Source: an uncultured Candidatus Rokubacteria bacterium
GTDB lineage: Bacteria > Methylomirabilota > Methylomirabilia > Rokubacteriales > CSP1-6
NCBI GenBank assembly: GCA_963776725.1
Contig: CAVZOE010000006.1
Span: forward strand, 970,830-1,034,829
DNA: 64,000 bases
Direction: 5' to 3'
Shown: positions 12,201 to 22,214 of the stretch, in pieces
Layout of the letters: every line of letters begins with the position of its first letter
How positions within the stretch are numbered: the first letter of the stretch is position 1
Translations under genes and position numbers: made by a program
Notes under the pieces: model-generated
The model's input: only the letters and a program-made list of their open reading frames with translations
Told to the model about the DNA's origin: nothing
Database searches by the model: none

Positions 12201-12483
12201 CGCCGGTGATGCGCAGGCCGGCGAGGCCCATCTGGGCCGAGCGCTGGAGGCCTTCCAGTCGGCGAGCGCGACGTTCGAGGCGGCGATGACACGTCTGGAG
12301 CTGACCCGCTCGCTGGCGGCCCACGGGCAAATGGCCGGAGCGCGAGCCCATCTCGCCGAGGCGATCGCCGCCCTCGAAGTCGCCCGCGTGCCCCGCCGGG
12401 TGGCCGAGGCTCACGCGCTCGCCAAGGCCCTTGGCCTCGGGCCCCAGGGCCCGACGTCCGGGACCCGGCCGCGCTCTCGCTAG
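9220..12483 (+). CDS. SARP/BTAD transcriptional activator with AAA (STAND) ATPase and TPR repeats
   Basis: wHTH LLGGF..RKARALLAYLAL..REQLTALLWGD; BTAD ALYRGDLLDGL..DPLQEAVHRALIRLY; Walker A GEAGVGKTRL; Walker B LEDLHWAD; GNPF; helical C-terminus. Confidence 0.93.
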   Translation: MAALCVELLGGFALRSDGGAPRSLPSRKARALLAYLALRPGHAHSREQLTALLWGDTPDALARQAFRQTLSRLRRGLGDAAGLAFVPGLDTVALDPAQVWVDAVEFEAMAGKDQPAALERAVALYRGDLLDGLDVGEPAFEEWRTLERERLRELALEALTKLLRHQMDADLLETAVQTALRILVLDPLQEAVHRALIRLYARQGRRAAALRQYQECVQTLQRELAAEPEESTREIYRQLVRTAADGAGPGARSARSGQAATTTGGSAGIALVGRAAELSALENSLQRVLDGHGRVAVISGEAGVGKTRLLEELESVAAVAGVRVVVGHCFETEQPLPFRPWIDALRDEQPALDTARLADLSAAARAQLARLFSELSPRGSESGVLADDHSPLFEAMRELLSVLAAGSPLLLALEDLHWADPMSVRLLAFLGRRLGALPVLLVATTRPEDAVDVPVLERALGELRDGRVLDQVILGPLGPEDTLALARAFYGGGNPSVIEQAVETVWKLSEGNPFVITESVRALRDGTTEMGELPQGVRETVHRRLDQLSETAHATAITAAVIGRATSFSLLQMASGLSESEAAAAVEELVRRRVLDAAGEELVFCHDRIRQVAYDAVLAPRRVLLHRAVARALESSSSDRLDEVAGELGHHFLRAGELEPAILYLGRFAEIATRRYATDAALAALTQAETAVDRLPPSSRDHRHLEVSLRRAFVLAAAGRHHQCLDVLRSNALRLRRVADLPLAAEYHYRLAMTRFYLGDYAEARLAAVAALSDGERTGDRDRIGRALNALALVSTAAGASAEAMDYCERAVELLADPSTWRRLASVHWLLALNRIYTAQFDGALEHLERCVTLADAVGDAKLQSMAEGLESWVHAARGDSRAAMDCAQRALASSRGTIPTSLALRWVGYAHLNQGDARAAIDVLERACEQIELFPVRHTYVESLAFLAEAHVLARDASRGLELARRATELAQIEGSPFNVGLAERAAGRAAGAAGDAQAGEAHLGRALEAFQSASATFEAAMTRLELTRSLAAHGQMAGARAHLAEAIAALEVARVPRRVAEAHALAKALGLGPQGPTSGTRPRSR

Positions 12484-14226
12484 CCGGCGACGCCCTTCCA
12501 TCTGGAGCGCGTAGAGCCGGCGATAGACGCCGTCGCGCGCGACCAGCTCGTCGTGCCGTCCGACCTCGGCGATGCGGCCCTCGTGGACGACCACGATGCG
12601 GTCGGCGTTGCGCACCGTCGACAGGCGATGCGCGATGACCAGCACGGTGCGCCCCTGCATGAGGTCGCTCAGCGCCTGCTGGACCATGAACTCGCTCTCG
12701 GCATCGAGGTCCGACGTCGCCTCGTCGAGGATCAGGATCGGCGGATCCTTGAGGAAGGCGCGGGCGATGGCCAGGCGCTGGCGCTGGCCGCCGCTGAGCC
12801 GCACGCCGCGCTCGCCCACCAGCGTGGCGTAGCCCTCCGGGCAGGCCAGGATGAACTCCTCGGCGTGGGCCTGGCGCGCCGCGCGGTTGACCGCCTCGGG
12901 CGTCGCCGCCGGGTTGCCGTAGGCGATGTTGTACTGGATCGAGTCGCTGAAGAGAAACGTCTCCTGCGTCACCACCGCGATCTGGGCGCGCAGCGAGGCC
13001 TGGGTGAGGTCGCGGACGTCGTGGCCGTCGAGCGTGATGCGGCCGCTGCTGACGTCGTGGAAGCGCGGCACCAGATCGATCAGGGTCGACTTGCCCGCTC
13101 CGCTCATGCCCACGAACGCCACCACCTCGCCGCGCCGGATGTGCAGCGTGATGTCGCGCAGGGTGAGCTCGGGCGAGCCGGGATAGCGGAACGAGACGTC
13201 CTCGAACCGCAACGCCTCGCGGAAGCCGAGCAGGGCGTGGGCGTCGGGCCGGTCGGCGATGGCCGGCGGCAGGTCGAGGATCTCGAACACGCGCTCGACC
13301 GACGAGGCCGATTGCTGGATGGTGTTCATGATGCGCGAGAGCTGCCGCACCGGCCCGTAGATCAGGGCCAGCGCCGCGATGAAGGAGAAGAAATCGCCGG
13401 GGGTCATGGCGCCGGCGATCACCTGGTGGCCGCCGTACAGCAGCGCGCCCATGAGGCCGAAGGCGGCCAGCACTTCCATGAGCGGCTCGGTGATCTCGTC
13501 GGTGCGGTGGTCCTTGAGCGCCAGGTCGAGCAGCCGGCGGTTCACCCGCTCGAAGCGCTCGGCCTCGTGACCCTCGCGGCCGAAGGCCTTGACGATCTTC
13601 ATGCCCGAGAACGCTTCGTGCAGCAGCACGTTCAGCTCGGCGACCTTCTCCTGCGAGCGCTTGTTGATACGGTACAGCCGGCGGCCGATCGACCGCACGG
13701 CCAGTCCGACGAAGGGAAAGACGACCAGCGCGATCACGGCCAGCCGCCACTCGCGCACTACCATGACCGACAGCAGCGCGACGACCATGGCGATCTGCCG
13801 GACGGCCATGATCAGCACCGTGGAGGACACGCGGGCCAGCCGGTTGACGTCGGTGACGATCCGCGACATCAGCTCGGCGGAGTGCAGGCCGGCGAAGAAC
13901 GACAGCGGCATCCGCTGGATGTGCGTGTAGAGCGTGTGGCGCAGGGTGGCGATCACGCGCTCGCCGACGGCGGCCATCAGATAGGACTGGCCGTAGCGCG
14001 CGAACCCCTTGATCAGGTAGGCCCCCAGCAGCAGCAGGGGAATGATCTTGAGCATGTGCTCGTCCCGGCGGATGAAGATGTCGTCGAGCGCGGGCTTGAC
14101 CAGCCAGGCGATCGCGCCCTCCATCCCGGCCACGACGAGCGCCAGCAGCGAGCCCAGCACCAGCACGGAGAAGTACGGCCGCATGAGCGGCAGCAGGCGA
14201 CGGTAGATGAGCAGGACGTGTCTCAT
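12480..14226 (-). CDS. msbA: MsbA-like lipid/LPS ABC exporter (permease + ATPase)
   Basis: MRHVLLIYRRLLPLMRPY start, 6-TM domain, GMSGAGKST, LSGGQRQR, ILDEATS, AHRLSTV. The likely true end is MEGVAG* at 12480 if one extra G is removed. Confidence 0.8.
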
Positions 14227-15348
14227 GCCCGCCCGGCCGCGGCCACGATCTGTCGGTAGAGCGCCTCGGTCGCGTCCAGCTTGGCCCGCTGCGAGAACAG
14301 CGCCTCCACGCGCTTGCGTCCGGCCCGCGCCATCGTCTGGGCGGCGGTGGGGTCGCAGACGAGCCGCACGATGGCCTCGGCCAGCTCGGCCGGGCTGCGC
14401 GGGGCGACCAGCAGCCCGGTCTCGCCGTCGAGCACCAGCTCGGGCATGCCCTCGAGATTGGTGGCCACCACGGGCCGCTCGCAGGCCAGCGCCTCGCGGA
14501 TCGAGCCGGTGATGCCGAGCCCGGCGTAGGAGGCATCGACCACCACGTCGGAGGCGGCCAGGATCGCGGGCACGTCGCTGCGATGGCCGATGGCCAGCAC
14601 CCGGCTCTCGAGGCCGCGCGCGCCGTGCCTGCTCGCCGATCTCCGCGATGCGCGGCGGCGGCGCGCCCACGAGCAGCAGCCGCGCGCGCGCCACCCGCTG
14701 GGCCACGGCGGGCATGGCGTCCAGCACGTCGCGCCAGCCGCGCCACGACCGCACGCCGATCTGCGTGATCACCACGTCGTCGGCGGCCAGGCCGAGCTCG
14801 CGACGTACGGGCGCCCCGTCCACGCCGGGGTGGAAGCGCTCGACGTCGGTGCCCGAGTAGATCACCGAGATCTTCTCGGCGGGTACGCCGGCTGAAACCA
14901 GTCCGCGCTTGATGGATTCGCAGACGGCGACGATGGCGTGAATGTGCCGGTTCGTGTAGCCGACGCGGCGGGTCGCGCCGTCGATCGGAAAGCTGACGCC
15001 ACGGTTGAGGACCAGCAGCGCCCGGGCGCCCATCAACCCGGCGAGCAGGGTCAGCGTGCGCGCGCGTCCCTTGTGCGCGTGGGCGATCTGGATCCGCTCC
15101 TGGCGGATGAGGCGGGCCAGCCGCCACGCCGCGCGCGGATCCCAGGCCCGGCGCATGACGATCGCCGCGTGAATGAGGCCCGCCTCCGCACAGCGCGCCG
15201 CCCAGGTCTCGCTCGGCGGCGTGGCGATGACGACGCGATGTCCGCGGCCGGCCAGGCCGCGCGCGAGCTCCCACAGCTGGATGGCCGCGCCGGTGAAGAA
15301 GTCGCCCTTCGGATAGATCTGCAGGATCCGAAGGGGGCCGCTCGTCAT
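14223..15348 (-). CDS. Glycosyltransferase family 4 (indel near 14620)
   Basis: MTSGPLRILQIY..AHAHKGR..VIYSGTDVERF, then in a second frame DVPAILAASDVVV..REALACERPVVATNLEGMPELVLDGETGLLV. Confidence 0.88.
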
Positions 15349-16431
15349 CAGGCTCCGAAGAACTCTCTGATCGCCGCCGCCACGGTGTCGATCTCGTCCT
15401 CGGTGTGTCCGGCCGAGATCGGCAGCGTCAGGATCTCGTCCACCAGGCGTTCGGTCTCGGGCAGGGGCGGTCCCGCGAAGCGCTCCACGGCCGGCTGCCG
15501 GTGGCTCGGCACGGGATAGTGGATGCCGGTCTGAACGCCCCGAGATTTCAGAAAGCTCGCCAGCTCGGCGCGCCGCGAGGTGCGCACCACGTAGAGATGA
15601 TAGACGTGGCGCGCCCCGGGCCGCTCGGCCGGCAGCTCGAGCGGCAACCCCGCCAGGGCGTGGTCGTAGCGCGCGGCCAGCGCCCGGCGCCGGTCGTTCA
15701 TGGCGTCGAGGCGGCCCAGCAGCACGCGGCCGACGGCGGCCTGGATCTCGTTGAAGCGCAGGTTGAAGCCGATCTCGGAGTGCAGGTCCTTGCTCAGCCG
15801 GCCGTGGTCGCGCAGCCGGCGACACCGCGCGGCGATCTCGTCGTCGCTGGTCACCACGACGCCGCCGTCGCCCATCACCGTGAGGTTCTTCGAGGGGTAG
15901 AACGAGAACACGCCCGCGCGTCCGAACCCGCCGACCCGCCGGCCGCGCCAGGCGGCGCCGTGCGCCTGCGCGCAGTCCTCCAGCAGCCAGACGCCCAGCC
16001 GGGCGGCCAGCTCGCGGACGGCGTCGAGATCGACCGGCTGGCCGTAGAGGTGGACGGGCATCAGTCCCGACCGTGCGCGGCGTGGCCTTGGCCGCGGCGT
16101 CGGCGGGATCGAGACCGTAGTAGCGGTCGACGTCCACGAAGACCGGCGTGGCCTCGGCGCTGCAGATCGCCTCGATGGTCGGAAACGCCGTGTGCGCGGG
16201 CACGAGGATCTCGTCGCCCGCCTTCACTCCGAGGGCGCGCAGCGTGAGCCAGAGGCCCGCGGTGGCCGAGCTGGTGAGGACGGCGTGGCGGACGTCGAGG
16301 TAGGCCGCCAGCTCCGCCTCGAAGCGCCGGCACTCGGGACCAAGGATGTACTGGCGGGAGTCGATGACGGCGAGGACGGCCTGCTTGATCTCATCGTCCA
16401 CCGGCGGGCGCGACAGCGGGATCACGCCCAC
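15348..16431 (-). CDS. DegT/DnrJ/EryC1/StrS sugar aminotransferase (indel near 16065)
   Basis: YILGPECRRFEAELA; PVHLYGQ; EDCAQAHGA; FSFYPSKNL (PLP lysine). Confidence 0.9.
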
Positions 16432-16437
16432 TCCCGA

Positions 16438-16926
16438 TCACGCTCCGGCAGGAGGTGTCGCCAGTCGCTGATACTTGCCCCGGAAGTAGAGCAGGGGATG
16501 CTCGCCGAACAGCGCGCGCGGTCTCGACCCGGCCCACGAAGATCGTGTGGTCGCCGGCCACGTGCGCGTTCACCGTGGTGCACTCGAGCTGGGCCAGGGC
16601 GCCCTCCACCAGCGGCAGTCCCAGCTCGCTGATGCGGTGCGGGATCTCGTCGAACTTGTCCAGCCGCGTGGTCGCGAACCGGCGCGACACGTGCTCCTGG
16701 TCGTGGCCCAGGACGTTGACCGCGAACCGGCCCGGTCCCGCAGCGCCGGGTAGCTCTGCGACTTGTGGTCGACGCAGACCAGGATCAGCGGCGGATCGAG
16801 CGAGACGGAGGAGAACGCGCTGGCGGTCAGCCCGGTCGGCCGGCCGTCGGCGTCGCACGTGCTGATGATGGTGACACCGGTGGCGAAGTGACCGAGAACG
16901 TGGCGAAAGTCGTTGGGGTCGATCAC
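16438..16926 (-). CDS. Flavin reductase-like protein (indels)
   Basis: FRHVLGHFATGVTII..GLTASAFSSVSLDPPLILVC; AGDHTIFVGRV; PLLYFRGKY. Confidence 0.88.
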
Positions 16927-17005
16927 CGTTTTTATGTAGCAGGAAGGGTCGGCGAATGCAACATTCGCCGACAATGCCGCGGCCCTGGCTGTATAGTCCG
17001 GTCAT

Positions 17006-18130
17006 ATGGCCACCGAGCAGCAGGTTCTCGATGCCCTGCGCGGCATCCGCGATCCGGATAGCCAGCGCGACATCGTCACGCTGGGGCTGGTGCGCGACCT
17101 CACGATCGACAGCGGCACGGTCTCGTTCACGCTGGCCTTCGCCGGCCAGGCCGCGGCGACGAAGGCGATGGTGCACAGCATGGCCACGCGCGTGGTGGGC
17201 CAGCTCCCGGGCGTGTCGGGGGTCCAGGCCAAGATGGGCGGCGCCGCGGCGCCCGCCCCCGCTCACTCGCACGCCCCCGGCCAGGGGCACGGTCACGCGC
17301 ATGGCCCCCAGGCGGGCGCCGCGCCGGGCCAGGCCGATCTCATCCCCGAGGTGCGGCGGACGCTCGCCGTGTCTTCCGGCAAGGGCGGGGTGGGCAAGTC
17401 CACGGTCGCCGTCAACCTGGCCCTGGCACTGCGTCAGGGTGGTGCGACCGTCGGCCTCATCGACAGCGACGTCTACGGACCCGACGTGCCGCTCATGCTG
17501 GGCACGAGGGGACGCCCGGGGATGTTCGACAACAAGATCATCCCGGTCGAGGCGCATGGCCTCAAGGTCATGTCCATCGGCCTGCTCGTCAACGAGAAGG
17601 AGCCGCTGGTCTGGCGCGGCCCGATGATCCACTCGTTCATCCAGCAGATGCTCAAGGACGTGAGCTGGGGTGCGCTCGACTACCTCGTGTTCGACATGCC
17701 CCCCGGCACCGGTGACGCCCAGCTCTCGCTGTCGCAGGTCGTGCCGCTGGGCGGTGTGGTGATGGTGACGACGCCGCAGGACGTGGCGCTGCTCGACGTG
17801 CGCAAGGCCATCGCGATGTTCCAGCGGCTCAACGTCCCGATCGTGGGCATCGTGGAGAACATGAGCACGTTCGTGTGTCCGCACTGCAACCAGGCCACCG
17901 CCATCTTCGGCGACGCCGGCGGCCAGCAGCTGGCCGAGGAGTACGGCGTGCCGCTGCTGGCGCGGCTGCCGCTCGATCCCGAGACGCGCGTGGGCGGCGA
18001 CGAGGGCACGCCGATCACCGTGCGCCGCCCGGACTCCGCACCGGCCCGTGCGTTCCGTGAGCTGGCCGCGGCCGTGAACCAGCGGCTCGACGCGCTGGGG
18101 CAGCTGGGCACCCTGCCGAAGATCAGCTGA
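17006..18130 (+). CDS. mrp: Mrp/NBP35 (ApbC) Fe-S cluster carrier ATPase
   Basis: N-terminal DUF59 domain, SGKGGVGKST, DSDVYGP, WRGPM, DMPPGTGD, ENMSTFVCPHC. Confidence 0.93.
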   Translation: MATEQQVLDALRGIRDPDSQRDIVTLGLVRDLTIDSGTVSFTLAFAGQAAATKAMVHSMATRVVGQLPGVSGVQAKMGGAAAPAPAHSHAPGQGHGHAHGPQAGAAPGQADLIPEVRRTLAVSSGKGGVGKSTVAVNLALALRQGGATVGLIDSDVYGPDVPLMLGTRGRPGMFDNKIIPVEAHGLKVMSIGLLVNEKEPLVWRGPMIHSFIQQMLKDVSWGALDYLVFDMPPGTGDAQLSLSQVVPLGGVVMVTTPQDVALLDVRKAIAMFQRLNVPIVGIVENMSTFVCPHCNQATAIFGDAGGQQLAEEYGVPLLARLPLDPETRVGGDEGTPITVRRPDSAPARAFRELAAAVNQRLDALGQLGTLPKIS

Positions 18131-18141
18131 CGCGCCGGCCC

Positions 18142-18779
18142 ATGGCAGCACCGGAGTTCGATCGTGCCGATTTTTCCGCTTCCGGACGTGACCTTCTTCC
18201 CCCACACGCTGCTGCCGCTGCACGTCTTCGAGGCGCGCTATCGCGCGATGGTCATCGACGCGCTCGAGCGCGATCGCCGAGCTCGTCGTGGTCCGGCTGC
18301 GGCCCGGCTACGAGGCGAGCTACGCGGGCAAGCCGCCGGTGTACCCGGTGGCCGGCCTGGGCGAGATCGTCTCGCAGCGAGCGCCTGGCGACCGGGCGCT
18401 ACAACATCCTGCTCCGGGGCGATTGCCGGGTGCGGCTTCGAGCAGGAGGTGCCGAGCGACACGCTCTACCGCCTGGTGCGCGCGCAACGGCTGACCGACG
18501 CCGAGCCCACCGCCGACACCGCGCCGGCGCTCGTCCGCGTCCGCGCGGGCTGCCGCGCGCTGCTCGAGGCCCTGGCCCGGCCCGCCGACATGCTCGACAC
18601 CGCGCTGGCCGAGGGCCAGACGGCCGGGCGCGATCGCCGATCGCGTGGCCGCCGCGGTCCTGCCCGACGCGGATCTGCGCCAGAGCCTGCTCGAGACGCT
18701 CGACGTCGGCGCGCGCGTCACTCGCGTCGCCGCGGCCGTCGAGGCGCTCGTGAACGAGCTCAAGGACGGTCGCCCGTGA
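18142..18779 (+). CDS. LON peptidase substrate-binding-domain protein (indels)
   Basis: PIFPLPDVTFFPHTLLPLHVFEARYRAMVIDAL; GRYNILLRG; RQSLLETLDV. Confidence 0.82.
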
Positions 18780-19488
18780 GTGTCATCGTCCGGGCCCTCG
18801 GCGCGCTGGCCCTCGTGGTCCTCACGGCTCACGCCGGCGGCGGACGCGCGAAGCTGGTCGTGGCTCGGCGTGCGCATCCGCGACCTGTGCGAGCAGGAGA
18901 TGGACGAGCTCGTCCAAGCGCCACGGCATCGGCGAGGGCTTCGGCGTGGTGATCGTGGACGTCATGGAGGACACGCCGGCGGCGCGGGCGGGCATGCGCA
19001 ACGGCGACATCGTGGTCGCCTTCGAGGGACGGCCCGTCACCGACACGCGCCTGCTGCAGCGGCTCATCGCGCGGGCCCCGGTGGATCAGGACATCAAGCT
19101 CACGGTTCTTCGCACCGAGGGCCGGCGGCCGCTGGCCGTGCGGCTGGTCTCCATGCCGCGCGAGGTCGCGGGCGAGCGGGTCGCCGCCGAGTTCGGCTTC
19201 CTCCTGCGAGATGCCGAAGGGGCGCGCGACACGGGGATTCGCCTGCAGTCCGCGACGACTCCGCCCTCCGTGACGGTAGTTCTCAAGGGCTCGTCGGCGC
19301 AGAAGGCCGGGCTCGAGCAGGGCGACGTGATCTTGCAGATCAACGAGCACTCCGTCGTCACGCGGGACGCGGTCCGGGAGGCGATGAGCGACGTCCCGCT
19401 CGACCGGGCGCTGCGGTTGACGGTGCTCCGCGAGGGCCGCCACGTCGGCCTGACACTGCCGGCCCCCGAAGCCGCGCCCACGCCATGA
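18776..19488 (+). CDS. Secreted tandem-PDZ-domain protein (indels)
   Basis: Signal-like N-terminus, WLGVRIRDL, DTPAARAGMRNGDIVVAF, GSSAQKAGLEQGDVILQIN. Confidence 0.8.
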
Positions 19489-20882
19489 CCCGGATCCTCA
19501 CCCAGGCCGTGCCGCTCCGCCGCAGGCGTGAGGGCGCGCTCGAGACCGACCTGAGCAGCCTCCACGAGCTCTCGGCGGCCGACGGCGCGCGGTTGATCCG
19601 TGACCGCGTCATCAGCGCCGAACAGCTCGTCGGCGCGTGTCTGCAGCGCGTGCGGGAGATCGACGAGCGCGTGCAGGCGTGGGCGTTCCTGGACCCCGCG
19701 CATGCGCTGGCGCAGGCCCGCGCGGCGGATGCGCTGCAGGCCTCCGGCCGGTCCATCGGGCCGCTGCACGGTGTGCCGGTCGGTCTCAAGGACATCATCG
19801 ACACCGCCGACATGCCGACGGAGAACGGCTCCGTGCTGCACGCCGGGCGCGCGCCGTCGCGGGACGCTCGGTCGCGACCATGCTGCGCGCCGCCGGCGCG
19901 GTGATCATGGGCAAGACGGTCACCACGGAGTTCGCCACGCGGCATCCGGGCAAGACACGCAATCCCCACGATCCGGGCCACACGCCCGGCGGGTCCTCGA
20001 GCGGCTCGGCGGCTGCGGTGGCGGCGGGGATGGTGCCGCTCTCGCTCGGCAGCCAGACGACCGGCTCGACGATCCGGCCCGCCTCGTACTGCGGCGTCTA
20101 CGGCTTCAAGCCCACCCACGGGCTGATTCCGCGCTCCGGGATGTTCCAGCTCTCCCGGTCGCTCGACCACGTCGGGCTCTTCGCCCGGTCGATCGACGAC
20201 ATCGCCCTGCTGATGGAGCAGATCGTGGGGCACGATGCGGGCGATCCGGATACTCGCCCGCGCGCGCACCTGGCGTTTCGCACGCTGGCGGCGGAGGCGC
20301 CGCCGCGGCCACCCGACGCTCGCGTTCGTCAGGACGACGCGCTGGAACGACGTGGACGCCGACGCGCGGGACGCCCTCGGGGCGCTGGTCGCGCGGCTCG
20401 GCGCGCAGGTGGAAGAGATCGAGCTCGTGCCGGCCGCCAGCGAGGCCGGGCGCTGGCAAGAGGTCATCTCCGGTCCCGAGATGGCGGCCAATCTCGCCCG
20501 CGAGTGGGCGACCGGACGGGACCAGCTCTCCGCCGCGCTCCGCGCGCGGATCGAGCGCGGCCGCGCGGTGACGGCCGTGGAATATCTGCAGGCGCAGGCC
20601 AGTCTCCCCGATCTTCACGCGAGCTTCACCGCGCTGCTCGACCAGCGCTACGACGCGATCCTCACGCCGACCGCCTCCGGCACGGCGCCCGCGGGTCTCG
20701 CCTCGACCGGCGAGCCGACCTTCTGCGCGCTGTGGACGCTCTGCGGGATGCCGGCGCTCAGCCTGCCGCTCCTGCACGGCGCCAACGGCTTGCCGCTCGG
20801 CGTCCAGCTCGTCGGCCCCCGCCACGGCGACGCGCGCCTGCTGCGCACCGCCCGCTGGCTCGTCGAGCTCGCCGGCGGCTGA
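19485..20882 (+). CDS. Amidase signature family protein (indels)
   Basis: GPLHGVPVGLKDII; TPGGSSSGSAAAVAAG; GSQTTGSTIRPASYCG; GLPLGVQLVG. Confidence 0.9.
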
Positions 20883-20997
20883 AACAGGCCCATCTGCTTC
20901 GTTGGCGCCCGCGGCCGCACGCTCAACGTACAGGCAGTACGCCTCGCGTGCGGTCCGCGGGCGCCGCCTCGCATCTGGACCTGTTTGAGCCGCCGGC
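20871..20997. repeat. Palindromic dispersed repeat (REP/MITE-like), copy 1
   Basis: Arms GCCGGCGGCTGAAACAGGCCCATCTGC and GCATCTGGACCTGTTTGAGCCGCCGGC are near-perfect reverse complements. The core is essentially identical to the copy at 42935-43060. Confidence 0.9.
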
Positions 20998-22105
20998 GGG
21001 TGGTTCGGAGTCCCCGAACAAATAGCTCCGGAGGCCCGGGGTTCGAGCCGTCGAATTTCCAGATCCAGGCGTCCAGCACGTAGTGCGTGGCCTGGGGCAG
21101 GATCAGCAGCGGGACGACGACGGCGAGGAGCTCTTTCGGCAGCGCCGGCAATTGCCAGTCGCCGAACAGGCTCGCGTGCTCATGCCAGACCAGGAGATCC
21201 CAGGCGCCCTCTTCGAGGTAGGCGAGCAGGATCGCTGCCCCGACGAACGCCCAGAGGAGCGCGGGCCGATACAGCCGCGTCCGCCACGACTCTGGCGCGG
21301 TCCATTTGCGTCGTCCGTAGAGCCACACCAGGGCCAGGTAGGGCAGGCCGTGGGCGACCACGTTGGTCACGGTGAAGGCGAAGTCCGAGTTGAACGCGAC
21401 GATGCCGACGTACCAGGTCGCGGCGGTCGATGCCACGATGCCGAGCTTGCCCCACGACAGAGGCTCGCCGCGGAGAGCCCGCTGGGCCTGACGCAGGGCG
21501 AAGGCGAGCAGTGCCGTGGCGTAGAGCACGCCGGCCGCCCCGGCCGTCCACGCCGGCAGGGCCGCGAAGTCGCCGGCGACGAACCACGCGAAGACCCGGT
21601 CGTCTCTCGCGTGCCAGTAGGCGAGGGGATACAACATGACGGCGTAGATGGCGACCTTGTCGAGGAGCGCATCGATTGAGCCGCGCTCGCCGGCCCGGTG
21701 CCGGTAGAGCATCACGAATCCGTACTGCTGACGCACGAAGTGGAGCACGGCCAGGTAGGCGAGCACCCGCCAGAACGCGAGGCTGCCGAGACTGTAGAGG
21801 ACGACGCCGGCGCCGAAGCAGATGAGCGGGGTCACCACGTAGTGGGTGCGCCGGCGCCGGAGCTCGTCGGGATCGAGATAGGTGCGGTAGAGCGACGACC
21901 ACACGTGCGCCACGTCGATGCCGACCACGAAGACCAGCCAGCCCCACGGCGGCAGGTGTTCCGTCCGGAGCGCGGGAACGAGGAGCACGAGCAGGACCGA
22001 CACCACCGCCGGGCCCACGATCAGCACGCCGTCGAAGACGGGCGAGTGGATCCAGCGGCTCACCAGGAGCCACGCTATGCCATGCGCGCCGGGCCGGTCA
22101 AGCAT
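20923..22105 (-). CDS. Polytopic membrane protein with His motifs (desaturase/hydroxylase-like, function unknown); 3' end uncertain, reads into the repeat
   Basis: DVAHVWSSLYRTY, LHFVRQQYGF, AHGLPYLAL, ATHYVLDAWIW; several hydrophobic segments. Confidence 0.7.
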
Positions 22106-22214
22106 CGTGCTCGACCGTGTCGGCGCGCTTGACGGGCCTCCGCACCTGACCGTAGTGTCGCGAGCCAGACCTTGCAGTGCGGGCGGCGGTCGCGGGGCTC
22201 CAGGGGAGGAGCGC

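Noticed and set aside
11932-16431. 1499-aa ORF that looks like a DegT-glycosyltransferase-MsbA fusion
   Set aside because: It is made of three separate genes with their own overlapping start/stop codons (15348, 14226), joined by indels; the linking stretches are off-frame nonsense.
20871-20997. CRISPR array, tRNA or attC interpretation of the palindromic repeats
   Set aside because: The two copies are 22 kb apart with no spacers, cas genes or integron integrase, and there is no cloverleaf or T-loop.
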